The notes: generated by a model not told the origin, from the sequence alone. Positions 12,129-25,265 are shown, counted from the stretch's first letter. The stretch is 64,000 bases of DNA from Octopus vulgaris (GCA_951406725.2 OX597833.1:51770001-51834000); one strand, 5' to 3'. Numbers and translations: made by a program.

Positions 12129-13021
12129 CGAGGTGGTCTCAAAAGGTACCCGGACTAGTTATGTTTAATATACAATAAGCTTTTTTTTACCTAAGTTTTA
12201 ATATCATCTCCCTCGAAATAGTTACCCTGCGGGAGCTATACATCGGTCCTTGCGTTCCTGCCACTTTTGAAATTCCGCCTGGAAGTCGTTTTCCCCGAGT
12301 CGAGGGCCTTCAACTATTTGCTCAGGTTTTCGACGGCGACCTTTGAGCTGCATTTTCATCTTGGGAAAGAGATGGAAGTCCGCAAGTGCTAAATCTGGTG
12401 AAGCGAAACCATACTGTTTTTTGGTGAGAAACTCACGAGTGAGGAGACGTCGGTGAAGAATCCTATTTTGGTTCCACAGACCCGGTCCCTTTCGCCGAAT
12501 GTCATATTTCAAACACTTCAAAACGTCACAGCAGAACTCTCAATTGACGGTCTGGCCCTAGGTGTGTGTGTGTGTGGTGGTGGTGGTGGGGATGAATTCT
12601 CAATACACCATACCGCATTTCCGGGAGTGACGGGACTTTCAGATCGCTCATCGTCTTCAAGGAACGGTCTTCTAATTTCGAAGCATCCGCACCACTCTAA
12701 ACATTGCGTGCGACCCATTGCCTCGTCGCCGTAAGCTTGCCAACGCATGCTCAATGTCTCTGTAGCAGACTTCACAAGATTACCGCAATATTTCACGTTG
12801 GCTCTTTGTTCCAACTTCTTGTCCATGACAAAAATCGCAGACTACAACATACGTGTGATCACAAAAACACGAATTTCACAACATGCGAAGTAAACACAGC
12901 GAAGTCACTCGGCACACTGCCTCATGAAGGTCACTGCTAACTCTTACTGTGCACGCAACCGCATGCTGCCATCAGTTGGCACGCTATGGAGCTAGTCCGT
13001 GAACTTTTTGATACCACCTTG
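12129..13021 (-). mobile_element. Internally deleted mariner (irritans-like) with both TIRs
   Basis: TA-CGAGGTGGTCTCAAAAGGTACCCGGACTAG ... CTAGTCCGTGAACTTTTTGATACCACCTTG-TA. Peptides MDKKLEQRANVKYC...LEDDERS and SPDLALADFHLFPKMK. Confidence 0.9.
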
Positions 13022-13038
13022 TAAATTAATGTAATTGT

Positions 13039-13390
<352 letters not shown>

Positions 13391-14608
13391 CCGGAAGGCA
13401 TGAGATGTAACGGTAAAGGTGTGATGAGAAGAGTGGGTTAAGAAAATAGAAAATGAGGGGAAATTATAGAATATGACAAAAGAAAAGTATTCGACCAAAG
13501 GCCAAATGACAATCAGTCCTTTAGATATAATCTCCAATTAACTTTGAACTTCATGGTTACTCCTTAACTATGCTTCATAAAAGTGAGTATGCTACTTTAA
13601 TAGTGTGTAAATACCCTGTGAGTTAAAATAATCTAAGTTTTCGAAAGGAAGCAAGTATTGTTCTTTTAATGGGGGTCGAATAAAGGCGGCGAATTGGTTA
13701 ACTTGTCTCAATGTCGAAAATAATTACAACTATTCGTTGTAATTTTGATGTCTCTGATCTACGTTCAAATCCCCTCGAAGCAAAATTTACATTATATCTA
13801 CGAGATATAAAGTGTGTGTGTGTGTGTTGGAATAGATTAAGGGAAGTTATTTTAAAAACTTACGTTCACATAGTGGTCTCGGATACGATAAGTAAAAACA
13901 AGGAGTTAAAGTGTTTGTTGTGTTTAGCGCAGTGGACTAGCGAGCAACCAACACCAAGTGTTTACACGCGATAAAACACATTCTTCTAACGCAAAAATGC
14001 AGAGTCTTCTTCGGGATAGAAAAATTAATATTCGAAATGTTGGGAATAATTATCTGAGATGAAATACAAATAATAGTATGAGAGAGAAAAAAAATCTTGA
14101 TTAAAAACACATCTAGGATATTGACACTCAGGAAAATAGTCTCAATAGTGAATATTGGTATTATTATATTTTATAACTATATCATTACAAAAATAATCGC
14201 AACGGGTGTCTAGCACAATTGAATTCAGATCAGTGATTCTTCAAGATGAATAATGAAAGTCAACTGATCACATGGCAAAACATCATTCTAGTAAATATTT
14301 ACATAGGACCGGATTTAGGTGAAATCATTGTTTTAAAAGAAATACATGCATCTCTCATTTTTATTCTCTCTTGGCCTCTCTCCATGTAATGCTAAGTCTT
14401 TTATTGATTCAGACTAATTATTCTTCTGTGTTAGCATGTATCTATGCAATTATGTATGTATTTATGTATGTGTGTGTTTGTATGTATGTATATATATATG
14501 TATGTCCACACACACAATTATATATGTGTATATATACTTTGATACTTTGATACTTTGATAGGTTTCGGCCATTATTGGCCCAGGACATGTTTAACTTAAT
14601 AGCACCAC

Positions 14609-14689
<81 letters not shown>

Positions 14690-14762
14690 CATATATATGG
14701 ATATATATGTGTGTATATATCTATCTATGTGTATGTATATATATATGTGTGTGTGTGCATGT

Positions 14763-14800
<38 letters not shown>

Positions 14801-14852
14801 GCACATATAAACATACTCATACATACATTATATAAATGCATATACATATATA

Positions 14853-14884
<32 letters not shown>

Positions 14885-14936
14885 AGAGAGAGAGAGAGAG
14901 ATTGATAGATATATATAGATATACATGCATGCATAT

Positions 14937-15025
<89 letters not shown>

Positions 15026-15085
15026 TGTATAATAGCATGAGAAAAAATCTTGATTAAAAACCCCTCTAGGAAACACACACACACG

Positions 15086-15141
<56 letters not shown>

Positions 15142-15454
15142 ATATATATATATATATACACGCATACACCTAAATTGTGATTGTGAAAAGGAGGAACTGA
15201 TTGAGTGAAGGAAAAAGAGAAAGTGGTTTACGTATGTTTTACCAGTTTTTACAGTTTCCCTCCTTTAACATTCTACTAACGTTACTAATGGCAACCACAC
15301 CGAATTTCTGCAGATGTTTTTCAAGCAACTGCTTTTTGGATTTGTTGCAGCAATCGCTACGTGCTTGACGGAAACATATGTTCACCTAGATTTGATGGAG
15401 AGACAGAGTAGAAAGAATGATGGACTACGGTGAAGTGAATGAAAGAAATACTGT

Positions 15455-15830
15455 ACGAGAGGGAGGGAGAGAGAGAGACAGAGAGATAGAGAGAGGGAGA
15501 GAAAGAGAAAGAGAGAGAGAGAAAGAGAGAGAGAGAGAAAGAGAGAGAGACCGAGAAAGAGAGAGAGACAGAGAAAGAGAGAGACAGAGAAAGAGAGAGA
15601 GACAGAGAAAGAGAGAGAGACAGAGAAAGAGAGAGACAGAGAAAGAGAGAGACAGAGAAAGAGAGAGACAGAGAAAGAGAGAGAAAGTAAGAATGAAAGA
15701 AAGAAAGAAAAAAAGAAAGAAAGAAAGAAAGAAAGAAAGAGAGAAAGAGAGAAAGAAAGGATGAAAGAATGAGAGAGAGGGAGACAGGGTAGGAGAGGGA
15801 AAGAGAGAGAGTTATAGAGAGTGCGCGCGC
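15455..15830. repeat. Polypurine (GA/GAAA/GACA) low-complexity tract
   Basis: Directly visible. Confidence 0.9.
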
Positions 15831-16115
15831 GCGCGTGTGTGTGTGCATGTGTGATTGAGTAAGCGAGTAAACGGGTGAGAGAGGGAGGGAGGGGAGAGTA
15901 TGAATGATAGAGGGAGAGGAAGTGTGAATAGTGTACTGAGTGAATGAGTGAGTGTGACGGAGGGTGTGAGCGAAAGAGTGTGAAAGAGGGAAAGACAGAG
16001 AGAGAGAGATGGAATGACTGACAGATAGCCAGAGAAAATGGAAAGAAAGAGTGAAAAGAATTATAAGGAAGGAATGGTTAAGGTAAAGAAAAAGAGTAAT
16101 AAAGAAATGGAAGGT

Positions 16116-16147
<32 letters not shown>

Positions 16148-16196
16148 TCAGGAAGTGACAGTAAAACCAAGTGATATAATCGGGGCTTCTTAACTA

Positions 16197-16712
16197 TAGA
16201 CGAAGGAGTGGCTGTGTGGTAAGTAACTTGCTTACCAACCACATGGTTCTGGGTTCAATCCCACTGCGTGGCACCTTGGGCAAGTGTCTTCTACTATAGC
16301 CTCGGGCCGACCAAAGCTTTGTGAGTGGATTTCGTAGATGGAAACTGAAAGAAGCCCATCGTATATATATTTCTTTACTACCCACAAGGGGCTACACACA
16401 GAGGGGACAAATAAGGACAGACAAACGGATTACGTCGACCCCAGTGCGTAACTGGTACTTAATTTATCGACCCCGAAAGGATGAAAGGCAAAGTCGACCT
16501 CGGCGGAATTTGAACTCAGAACGTAACGGCAGGCGAAATACAGCTACGCATTTCGCCCAGCGTGCTAACGTTTCTGCCAGCTCGCCGCTTTATATATATA
16601 TGTGTGTATATATATATATATGTGTGTGTGTGTGTTTGTGTGTCTGTGTTTGTTCCCCCACCATCGTTTGACAACCGACGCTGGTGTATTTACGTCCCCG
16701 TAACTTAGCGGT
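16197..16712 (+). mobile_element. SINE family A interrupted in its internal (TA)n by an antisense SINE B
   Basis: A head and body at 16197-16369; A resumes after 16590. Confidence 0.9.
16370..16590 (-). mobile_element. SINE family B, full length
   Basis: Reverse complement of GCGGCGAGCTGGCAGAAACG...TTGTGGGTAGTAAAGAAATA. Confidence 0.9.
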
Positions 16713-17521
16713 ATGGCTTAATATAAGAAGTCAGTTCTAAATAAACCATAGACATATTATGATATGAACAGTTTTTTTAATAGCTTAGTCATAGGAGGAA
16801 GTACAGTACAACACCCGTAAATGCTTTCCAGAACTTTTGTCACCAGTGTGGGTGGAGTTAGCCTCATGTTGGGGTCTGCGCCCGAATGCTTGTATCAGAA
16901 ACACACCCATCAACATATGATGTATATATCGTAAAATGCCAACTAAATTAATTTATCGGAGAAAATCTAGCTCTATATTAACCAACGACGTATTAACTGG
17001 TGATTGCCGCTCGTAATGCGACAGTTGGCATACCGGCTGAATAACCATAAATAATACAGACAACGGCGTATTAACTCATCGTACAGAAGTCAATTAGAAC
17101 CGATAACTTATTTATCAAAATGATTGCCACAGGTTTATTTAAGGTATCGACTTAAGCTCACTATATTTTTTGCCATTAGACTCATTAAAACGGCCAAAAT
17201 ATATTCGCATCTTTTTTTCGTCTGCTTGCGGAGATCTATGTCGAATCATATAGATTGGGTTGGTAAGGCCCTACTAAATGATGAAAAATCATAGTGGATT
17301 CTTGGCTGAAAGAAAGTAAAGATGAATATGGTACTTAAGTTGAGGCACCAGAATTTAGTACGGTATTATCCACTAATGTGGCCATCTGTTCTAATTTAAT
17401 TAAATTCTCTGTCTTTTAAATTGATATAATGATTGCATTGTTCAATTAAATAGAGTTACATGAAACGATCGTACTGAATTACCTCTGGATATCCTGGTTG
17501 CTTATTTCGATTATATATAAA

Positions 17522-18391
17522 CGAGGTGTGATCAATAAGTATCCGGACTGCTGCCATAGCCACAAAACTAAAGCATGCAGAGTGAAGCCGCTTCGCAAAA
17601 ATTGACCTTGAACTCTGGTGTGCGTGCGAACTAAGTTTAAACGTTCTAGCTTACTTCAGCAGTTTACAGCAGTGCTGGGTAGGAAGGTGTGTTGCGTGTT
17701 ATCGTCACATTGACCATGATAGAAAAAGTTGACATTGCGCTACCTGCTCAGAATCTTACGCAAATTTGCAGAAAGTGTATGAGCCGTAGAGAAGTGTACG
17801 AGTGGTTCAGACATTTCCAAGGCTGCCGAAAAAATGTCGATAGTGACGAATATTCAGTGACACCCACAACTAGCAGAACTGATAAATACATCGCAGATGT
17901 GCGTGCAGCTGTGAGGCGAAATCGTTGAATCACCATCCGTGAGTTATCAGAGAATTTGCAAATTAGTTACGGTTCAGTTCTGTCCATTATCACTGAAGAT
18001 TCGGGTATAAGACCCTTGTCTACTAAGTTTGTGCCAGAACTGTTTTGAGTTGACCAGCGAGGCATTCGGGTTTCAGTTGCACAAGATCTCCTCGATTGTG
18101 TTGAGAACGATGAAAGCTTTTCGAAAACTTTGCATAGGCCTTTGAGCTGGTATCCCCAAGCTTTTGGCAAAATTTGATACAGATTCTCTGCTCAACTTTC
18201 TCTACCATTTTCAATGCGACGTACAAACCTTCCTTCCAAGCACCGCTGTAAACAACAGAAGTGAGCCAAAACATTAAAACTTGGTGCGAATGTACAAGAG
18301 TTCACTGTCAATCTGTGACAAGTGGCTTCACTCTGCGTGTTTTAGCTTCGTTACTATGACAATAGCCTGGATACTTATTGATCAGACCACG
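17522..18391. mobile_element. Fold-back mariner derivative made of two inverted 5' ends
   Basis: Termini CGAGGTGTGATCAATAAGTATCCGGACT and GCCTGGATACTTATTGATCAGACCACG-TA. Transposase N-terminus on + (MIEKV...VYEWFRHF...ITIRELS...KFVP) and on - (MVEKVEQRICIKFCQKLGDT). Confidence 0.85.
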
Positions 18392-18442
<51 letters not shown>

Positions 18443-18445
<3 letters not shown>

Positions 18446-19330
18446 GGGACAAGAACGCAAAACATCCGGACAACTAGGTGATATAAAAAGGGACAACGAA
18501 GCATCCAGATAGACGATGCAAAAAACAAGGACGGGTCATTCGAAGTCTTTTATCTTCAGCCAAGAACCGGATCATCCTCGCAATTTCGGCTGATTAATCT
18601 TGAGATTGCTCCAATCTGGCCAGCCCCAAGGAAAAACTAAGCTAAGAGCATTAGGTTCCTTGGGAAAATTCCTTCGAATATATACGAAAACAAGGAAAGG
18701 AAACAGACGATGTTACACGAACATAAATACAAATATACAATAAAAATAACAATAATGATATTAATAACAGAACATAACAACAGGCGTCTTTCGACTGGGG
18801 ACGACTTGAATTCAGCTGTCGTGTGTGGGAATGAAGCCTTACGGCAGAGGGAAGAATATCGATGTGGCAGTGACCATGGTCAGACGCAAAAGGGCTAGCC
18901 GTCGACCAATCGGTCACGTGTGAAGAGAAGAGAGAGAAAAAGAGGAACAAAGGAATTAAGGAGGGGGAGAAGAGAAAGAAAGATAGAGAGAGAGTGTGTG
19001 TGAGTAGAAGTAAATAGACGGAAGAATCAAGGAGTGGCGAGAAAAAAAAAAGAGAGACAGGGACATAGTGAAGTAAAAAGTGAGTAAGAAAGGCAAATAA
19101 TTGTGAGAGAGAGGGGGAGAAAGCAAGAACGAAGCGTGAAAAGGTTGAAAAAGTTGTACAAAATTTAGTGAAATGTCTACTTACATATAAGAGAACAAAA
19201 TGTACCTACGCCGCTATATAATACAACTACCCGTTTGTCGGGTAGTTGTAATCAAGAATTGAATCCATTTTTGATCACAACCGCCCGATGAACGGGAACG
19301 TGAAACTGAGTAGCAGATTTTTTTGTGATG
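18443..19330. mobile_element. Penelope-like or unclassified repeat between (TA)n tracts
   Basis: 18530-18595 is homologous to fragments at ~41430-41490 and ~43075-43140. Contains a 10-bp hairpin at ~19225-19249 and a hammerhead-like motif CCGC-CCGATGA-AC..GT-GAAAC-TGA-GTA-GCAG at 19281-19316. Confidence 0.45.
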
Positions 19331-19585
19331 TCGCTGCCGTTTTAATAAAAAAAAACTATATATATATATATATATATACATATGTATGTACAAATGTACC
19401 ATTTACTAGTGTGCATATAAGTATCTGTGCTTGTGTGTGAACACATGTTTACAATTTTTAGCTAATTAATGAAAAAAAAAGAGACTTGTCAGATACGACA
19501 GAATCTAAATATTATATATTTAGTAAGCCATAAAAATAATTCAGACTACGTATTTAACTAATTAGAGTCACAGGCACACACACAC

Positions 19586-19639
<54 letters not shown>

Positions 19640-19910
19640 CAGACCACTGTAATATAATCAGTACTAATGAGTGTTAATAAATTTTTTTTAGTCAACTGAA
19701 ATATTAATAAATTTTTTTTAGTCAACTGAAATATTTAGTTTATGGCTAATTTATAAATATTTATTAATTAGTTCTAATCAAATATTTTCAACACTTGACA
19801 GAAACTGTAATTGGAACTGGTTGAATTGAATAAATTAAAATAAATTAATATTTCAAATGGTCTTCGTACTTCCTTTTTTTGTTGTTCAACTGCATATGCA
19901 TTCGCACTTG

Positions 19911-20316
19911 TGTGGGGGCGCAATGGCCCAGTGGTTAGGGCAGCGGACTCGCGGTCATAGCATCGCGGTTTCGATTCCCAGACCGGGCGTTGTGAGTGTT
20001 TATTGAGCGAAAAACACCTAAAAGCTCCACGACGCTCCGGCAGGGGATGGTGGTGATCCCTGTTGTACTCTTTCACCACAACTTTCTCTCACTCTTCTTA
20101 CTTCCTGTTTCTGTTGTACCTGCATTTCAAGAAGCCGGCCTTGTCACTCTCTGTGTCACGCTGAATATCCCCGAGAACTACGTTAAGGGTGCACGTGTCT
20201 GTGGAGTGCTCAGCCACTTACACGTTAATTTCACGAGCAGGCTGTTACGTTGATTCGGATCAACCGGAACCCTCATCATCGTAACCGACGGAGTGCATCA
20301 AAAAAAAAATTTTTTA
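19911..20316 (+). mobile_element. SINE family C, full length
   Basis: Family C consensus. 11-bp TSD ATTCGCACTTG at 19900-19910 and 20317-20327. Confidence 0.92.
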
Positions 20317-20518
20317 ATTCGCACTTGCATGTCGTTTTCCTTGAAACGTTAAGCTAAAGAAATGATCTCCCAGCTTTAAAACCCTGCTAAGGGCTTGATC
20401 CCCGTGCCATCCGCCCTCTACAGAAATCATGAACGCGTCACAACGCAACACTAAGACTGAACTATTTCTTCTCAGCTAGCTCTGTTCTCTTTAACTTCAT
20501 GCCAAGACGTAAGAGATG

Positions 20519-20827
20519 AAGGAGCGGCGAGCTGGCAGAATCGTTAGCACGCCGGGGGGGGTGGGTGCTTAGAAGTTTCTCGTCTGTCGCTACATTCTGA
20601 GTTCAAATTCCGCCGAGGTCGACTTTGTCTTTCATCTTTTCGGGGTCGATTAAATAAGTACCAGCCTTTAGTCGAGCAAATTGATCCCAGGACTTATTCT
20701 TTGTAAGCCCAGTACTTACTCTATCGGTCTCTTTTGCCGAACCGGTAAGTTACGGGGACGTAAACACAGCAACATCGTTTCTCAAGCGATGTTGTGGGGA
20801 CAAACACAAACACACACACAAATATAC

Positions 20828-20867
<40 letters not shown>

Positions 20868-21050
20868 CTGTGTCTGTGTGTACACACGAGGGGCTTCGTT
20901 CAGCTTCCGTCTACCAAATCCACTCACAAGGCTTTGGTCAGCCCGAGGCTATAGTAGAAAACACTTGCTCAAGGTGCCACGCAGTGGGACTGAACCCGGA
21001 ATCATATGGTTGGTAAACCAGCTACTTACCACACAGCCACTCCTGCGCCT
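20519..21050. mobile_element. Tail-to-tail fusion of a truncated SINE B (+, 20519-20664) and a SINE A (-, 20665-21050)
   Basis: B ends at AATAAGTACCAG, joined directly to CCTTTAGTCGAGCAAA (family A reverse complement). Confidence 0.85.
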
Positions 21051-21700
21051 ATATATAGAATGTTCGATTGTGTGCCAGTGTTTGTGTGTGCATGTGTGTG
21101 TGTGTGTGTGCGTGTGTGTGTGGTGTATGTCAGCATGCGAGCGGTGGTCGACGTCTTGAGAAACGGCCGCGTGACATTTAATCCCCTGAACACCTGCACA
21201 GGTTCCCGCTGCTGACAAACCCGTTCTCCCAAGTCCGCGCTCGCAGACCAATATCGAGTTACCCTCGATCGAGAACTGATGGCTTTCCATTCTTGACTTG
21301 CCAATGCTTCCAGTTGCACGCATGATCCCATGCCTTCTATATAAAAACCAGGTGTTTTAACTAGAGCTCCATTGGACAGGGGCTGAAAACCTCTGAAAAC
21401 AAGGCGAAGAGGGAATGGCCCCTAGGGAGATATCCGGTTAGAGGGTCGGTGGCCTTAACTATCAGTTTCTCACTTCCTCTTTCTCTCTTTCTTCCTCTAT
21501 GTCTGGGTCTCTGTCTCATCTCTTTCATTCTCTCTCTTTCCTTCTCTTTCATCCCTCATCGCTACATTCTACTCCCTCTTTTTCTCACTCTTTCTGTCCT
21601 TTCCTCCCTCACTTTCTTATCTCATTTCCTCTCCGTCTTACTCTATCTGTCAGTCCGTCTCTGTCGCTCTGAATCTCTCTCATTCCGTTCGTCTGTCTGC

Positions 21701-21760
<60 letters not shown>

Positions 21761-21888
21761 CTCTATCTATCTATCTATCTCTTTCTCCCGCTTTCTTTCT
21801 CACACTATCTATTTCCTCACTCTTTTTCTTTCTCTCTCTCTCTCTCACACACACACACGCACGCGCGCACACACATATACACACTCTA

Positions 21889-21923
<35 letters not shown>

Positions 21924-22029
21924 CCACTTTTCTATCGTGACTTTTATTTCGTCCATGTGAGCGAGTGAAAGATGGCGCTCAGAGGAAGAAAAACGAGAAG
22001 CAATACGGAGAGAATACAGATGAAAACAA

Positions 22030-22040
22030 CACCGACAACA

Positions 22041-22090
<50 letters not shown>

Positions 22091-22102
22091 CACTATTACT
22101 GA

Positions 22103-22147
<45 letters not shown>

Positions 22148-22345
22148 CACTACTACTGATACTGCTGCTGCTACTACATACTACTACAACTGCTGCTACT
22201 ACCACTACTACTGATACTGCTGCTGCTACTACATACTACTACAACTGCTGCTGCTACTACTACTACTACTACTATAACTGCTGCTGTTGCTACTACTAGT
22301 ACTACTACTGCTACAATAACAACAGCAGCAACATCAGCAACAACA
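22030..22345. repeat. (CTA)n/(CTG)n trinucleotide tract with an internal ~57-bp duplication
   Basis: CTACTACTGATACTGCTGCTGCTACTACATACTACTACAACTGCTGCT occurs twice. Confidence 0.9.
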
Positions 22346-22352
22346 AGAATCA

Positions 22353-22708
22353 TAGGCGCAGGAGTGGCTGTGTGGTAAGTAGCTTGTTTACCAACCACAT
22401 GGTTCTGGGTTCGGTCCCACTGCTTGGCACCTTGGGCAAGTGTCTTCCACTATAGCCTCGGGCCGACCAAAGCCTTGTGAGTGGATTTGGTAGACGGAAA
22501 CTGAAAGAAACCCGTCGTATATATGTATATATATATATGCGTGTATGTGTTTGTGTGTCTGTGTTTGTCCCCCTAGCAACCGATGCTGGTGTATTTATGT
22601 CTCCGTTAATTAGCGGTTCGGCAAAAGAATAAGTCCCGGGATCGAGTTGCTCGACTACAGGCGGTGCTCCAGCATGGCCGCAGTCAAATGACTGAAACAA
22701 ATAAAAGA
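22353..22708 (+). mobile_element. SINE family A, near full length
   Basis: TAGGCGCAGGAGTGGCTGTGTGG ... GGCGGTGCTCCAGCATGGCCGCAGTCAAATGACTGAAAC. Confidence 0.92.
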
Positions 22709-22974
22709 AAAAAAAAAGAAATACTGAAAATAAGTATAAAACAATACTATGAGGAATGGCAGCACGAACGTGAACAAGAACAACAATAACGACATCTACA
22801 ACAGTGGTGAGAATTCGAAACGAAGTTGAAAATTGTCTCCGTGGATAATTCTCAAAGTCCAACTACTTAGAGGAAGAGACCATCAAAAGGCGTCAGCAGC
22901 CGCAACAACAATGACGATGATAATTGTAATCACATTTTTGTGTCCTTAAAGCAAAGACGGCGAAAAGATTGAAT

Positions 22975-23390
22975 GTCACAACACAACACTAAGACTGAAC
23001 TATTTCTTCTCGGCTAGCTCTGTTCTCTTTAACTTCATGCCAAGACGTAAGAGATGAAGGGGCGATGAGCTGGCAGAATCGTTAGCACGCCGGCGCCGGG
23101 GGAATGCTTAGCAGTTTCTCGTCTGTCGCTACATTCTGAGTTCAAATTCCGCCGAGGTCGACTTTGTCTTTCATCTTTTCGGGGTCGATTAAATAAGTAC
23201 CAGCAGCCTTTAGTTGAGCAAATTGATCCCAGGACTTAATTATTTGTAAGCCCAGTACTTACTCTATCGGTCTCTTTTGCCGAACCGGTAAGTTACGGGG
23301 ACGTAAACACAGCAACATCGGTTCTTAAGCGATGTTGTGGGGACAAACACAAACACACACACAAATATACATATATATATATATATATAT
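22975..23390 (+). repeat. Local duplication of 20437-20840 (unique flank plus the SINE B/A fusion)
   Basis: CAACACTAAGACTGAACTATTTCTTCTC...CATGCCAAGACGTAAGAGATGAAGG and the same B/A junction, about 2.54 kb apart. Confidence 0.9.
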
Positions 23391-23843
23391 GCGTGTGTGT
23401 GTCTGTTTGTATACATTGGTGAAACTCTTTGAGATATTTCGTTTTTGGATTTGGTTTTCAAGATTCTTTATATGAGTTCGTGTGTTGAAGCATATTATGT
23501 TGTGTCTGGGGAGAGTCATTTTCTTTTTGTGCCTTATAATGTAACACACTCATCGGTAAAATTACCACTTATTTCTTATTTTTATTTTCCTAAAATTTTC
23601 GTTGCGTCTTGCAACCTTTTCAATAGTCTTGACTCTTTGAGATATTTCTTTTGATTTTTAACAATTTGACTTCATATCTCTTCGATGTCGACTTTATTTT
23701 TTATGCCCTCCATCTGGAAGCAGGAAAAGTAGCGTATCCGACGTTGAGAGGGTATCGGCTAACAACAACAATCTCCACTGTCGAATTTGTCGACCGTCTT
23801 CCTAAATCAAAAAATACGTATAATTATTCTTATATTGATCGTA

Positions 23844-24134
23844 CACCTTCTCCTCGACTTACGACCAAGTGCTTTTGCGACTGACACTTCGTAAGTCGAG
23901 CTGGTCGTATGTCGGATTTGTATTTTCCAGCACTATTTTCGGCTTAAACGCGACTGAGAAACAGTGGTAGACAGTGGATGCCTGGGTCTGAGGGAGGCCT
24001 ACGTTGCCAGATGCTGCCATAGTTATCGTACGCACAGCGGTCCAACGTCTGAAAATGGATTATTTATTTATTTATTGTAGTCGTAAGTGCGTTTGGTGGT
24101 AAGTCGCATAGGTCGTAAGTCGAGGAGGTGTGGG
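23844..24134. mobile_element. Tigger/pogo-like MITE
   Basis: TA-flanked ends with inverted CTCCTCGACTTACGACC / GGTCGTAAGTCGAGGAG and internal copies of the CGTAAGTCG motif. Confidence 0.7.
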
Positions 24135-24229
24135 TATTTAAAAATAAAAATTGTTTCAAAATTAGGCGTAAGGCCAGCAAAGCTTTGAGAACAAAGGATA
24201 TTTTTCTGACATCGACCTCTGTAATAAAC

Positions 24230-24468
24230 CTCGTGGTATTCAACACGCTAGAAAGAACAGCTAGGTTCTATAACCACTGGTGTACCTGTTGACGAAGATT
24301 TCACCTAGCGAATATTATTTATTTGCTAAGCTAAAATCAGAAACCAATTTGTCCAGGAAATTAGATGGTAAAAGTTTTTACTTTTTCATTTCGTTCCTGT
24401 CGGATTTTATCCCTAATTTTATGGTTATAGAACCTAGCTGTTCTTTCTAGCGCGCTGAATCCCACGAG
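24230..24468. repeat. 47-bp inverted repeat (3 mismatches) with a 145-bp spacer
   Basis: CTCGTGGTATTCAACACGCTAGAAAGAACAGCTAGGTTCTATAACCA (24230-24276) versus 24422-24468. Confidence 0.85.
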
Positions 24469-24592
24469 TGGATTCCTTATGTGTTTAAATGTACATTTTA
24501 TGAGTAATACATAGTCTTTGGACAAAAGTTTTACACGCTAGGCCACTGGAAGTGAAAATTTCTATTAATTTCCATTTCCCTTCAAAATGATT

Positions 24593-24970
24593 GTAGCTTG
24601 CTAACCAACCACATGGTTCCGGGTTCAGTCCCACAGCGTGGCATCTTGGGCAAAGTGTCTTCTACTATAGCCCCGGGCCGACCAATGCCTTGTGAGTGGA
24701 TTTGGTAGACGGAAACTGAAAGAAGCCCGTCGAATATATGTATATATATATATGCGTATGTGTGTTTGTGTTTATCCCCCTAGGATTGCTTGACAACCGA
24801 TGCTGGTGTGTTTATGTCCCCGTTACTTAGCGGTTCGGCAAAAGAGACCGATAGAATAAGTACTGGGCTTACAAAAAGAATAAGTCCCGGGGTTGAGTTG
24901 CTCGATTAAAGGCGGTGCTCCAGCATGGCCGCAGTCAAATGACTGAAACAAGTAAAAGAATAAAAAGAGT
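24593..24970 (+). mobile_element. SINE family A, slightly 5'-truncated
   Basis: Family A consensus through the GAAACAAGTAAAAGAATAAAAAGAG tail. Confidence 0.92.
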
Positions 24971-25265
24971 ATATATATATATATATATATATATATACTC
25001 CTCCCTTCTCCTCCTCCTTCTTCTTCTTCCTTACCAAGTATTCACAACGACCTCGAACCCACAAGTGTAAACAAGAGAGACAGAGAAAGGCACAAACAAG
25101 GAAAATGCCACTTATATTTGAACACTATACAAATATTCTTTAAAAAAATCTTTTCTTTTAATTTTTCTAAATTTAATTATTTAATCGTTACAGTTGAAAA
25201 GGTCTCAAATGATCGAAACCGGTACTGAAATGTTCTTTATAAAATTATTTTAATTTTCTATCTTG

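Noticed and set aside
17462-17480. GAAAC-GATC-GTA, and GAAAC-ATGT-GTC at ~62438, as hammerheads
   Set aside because: Only the 3' half is present and no recognisable CTGANGA core lies upstream.
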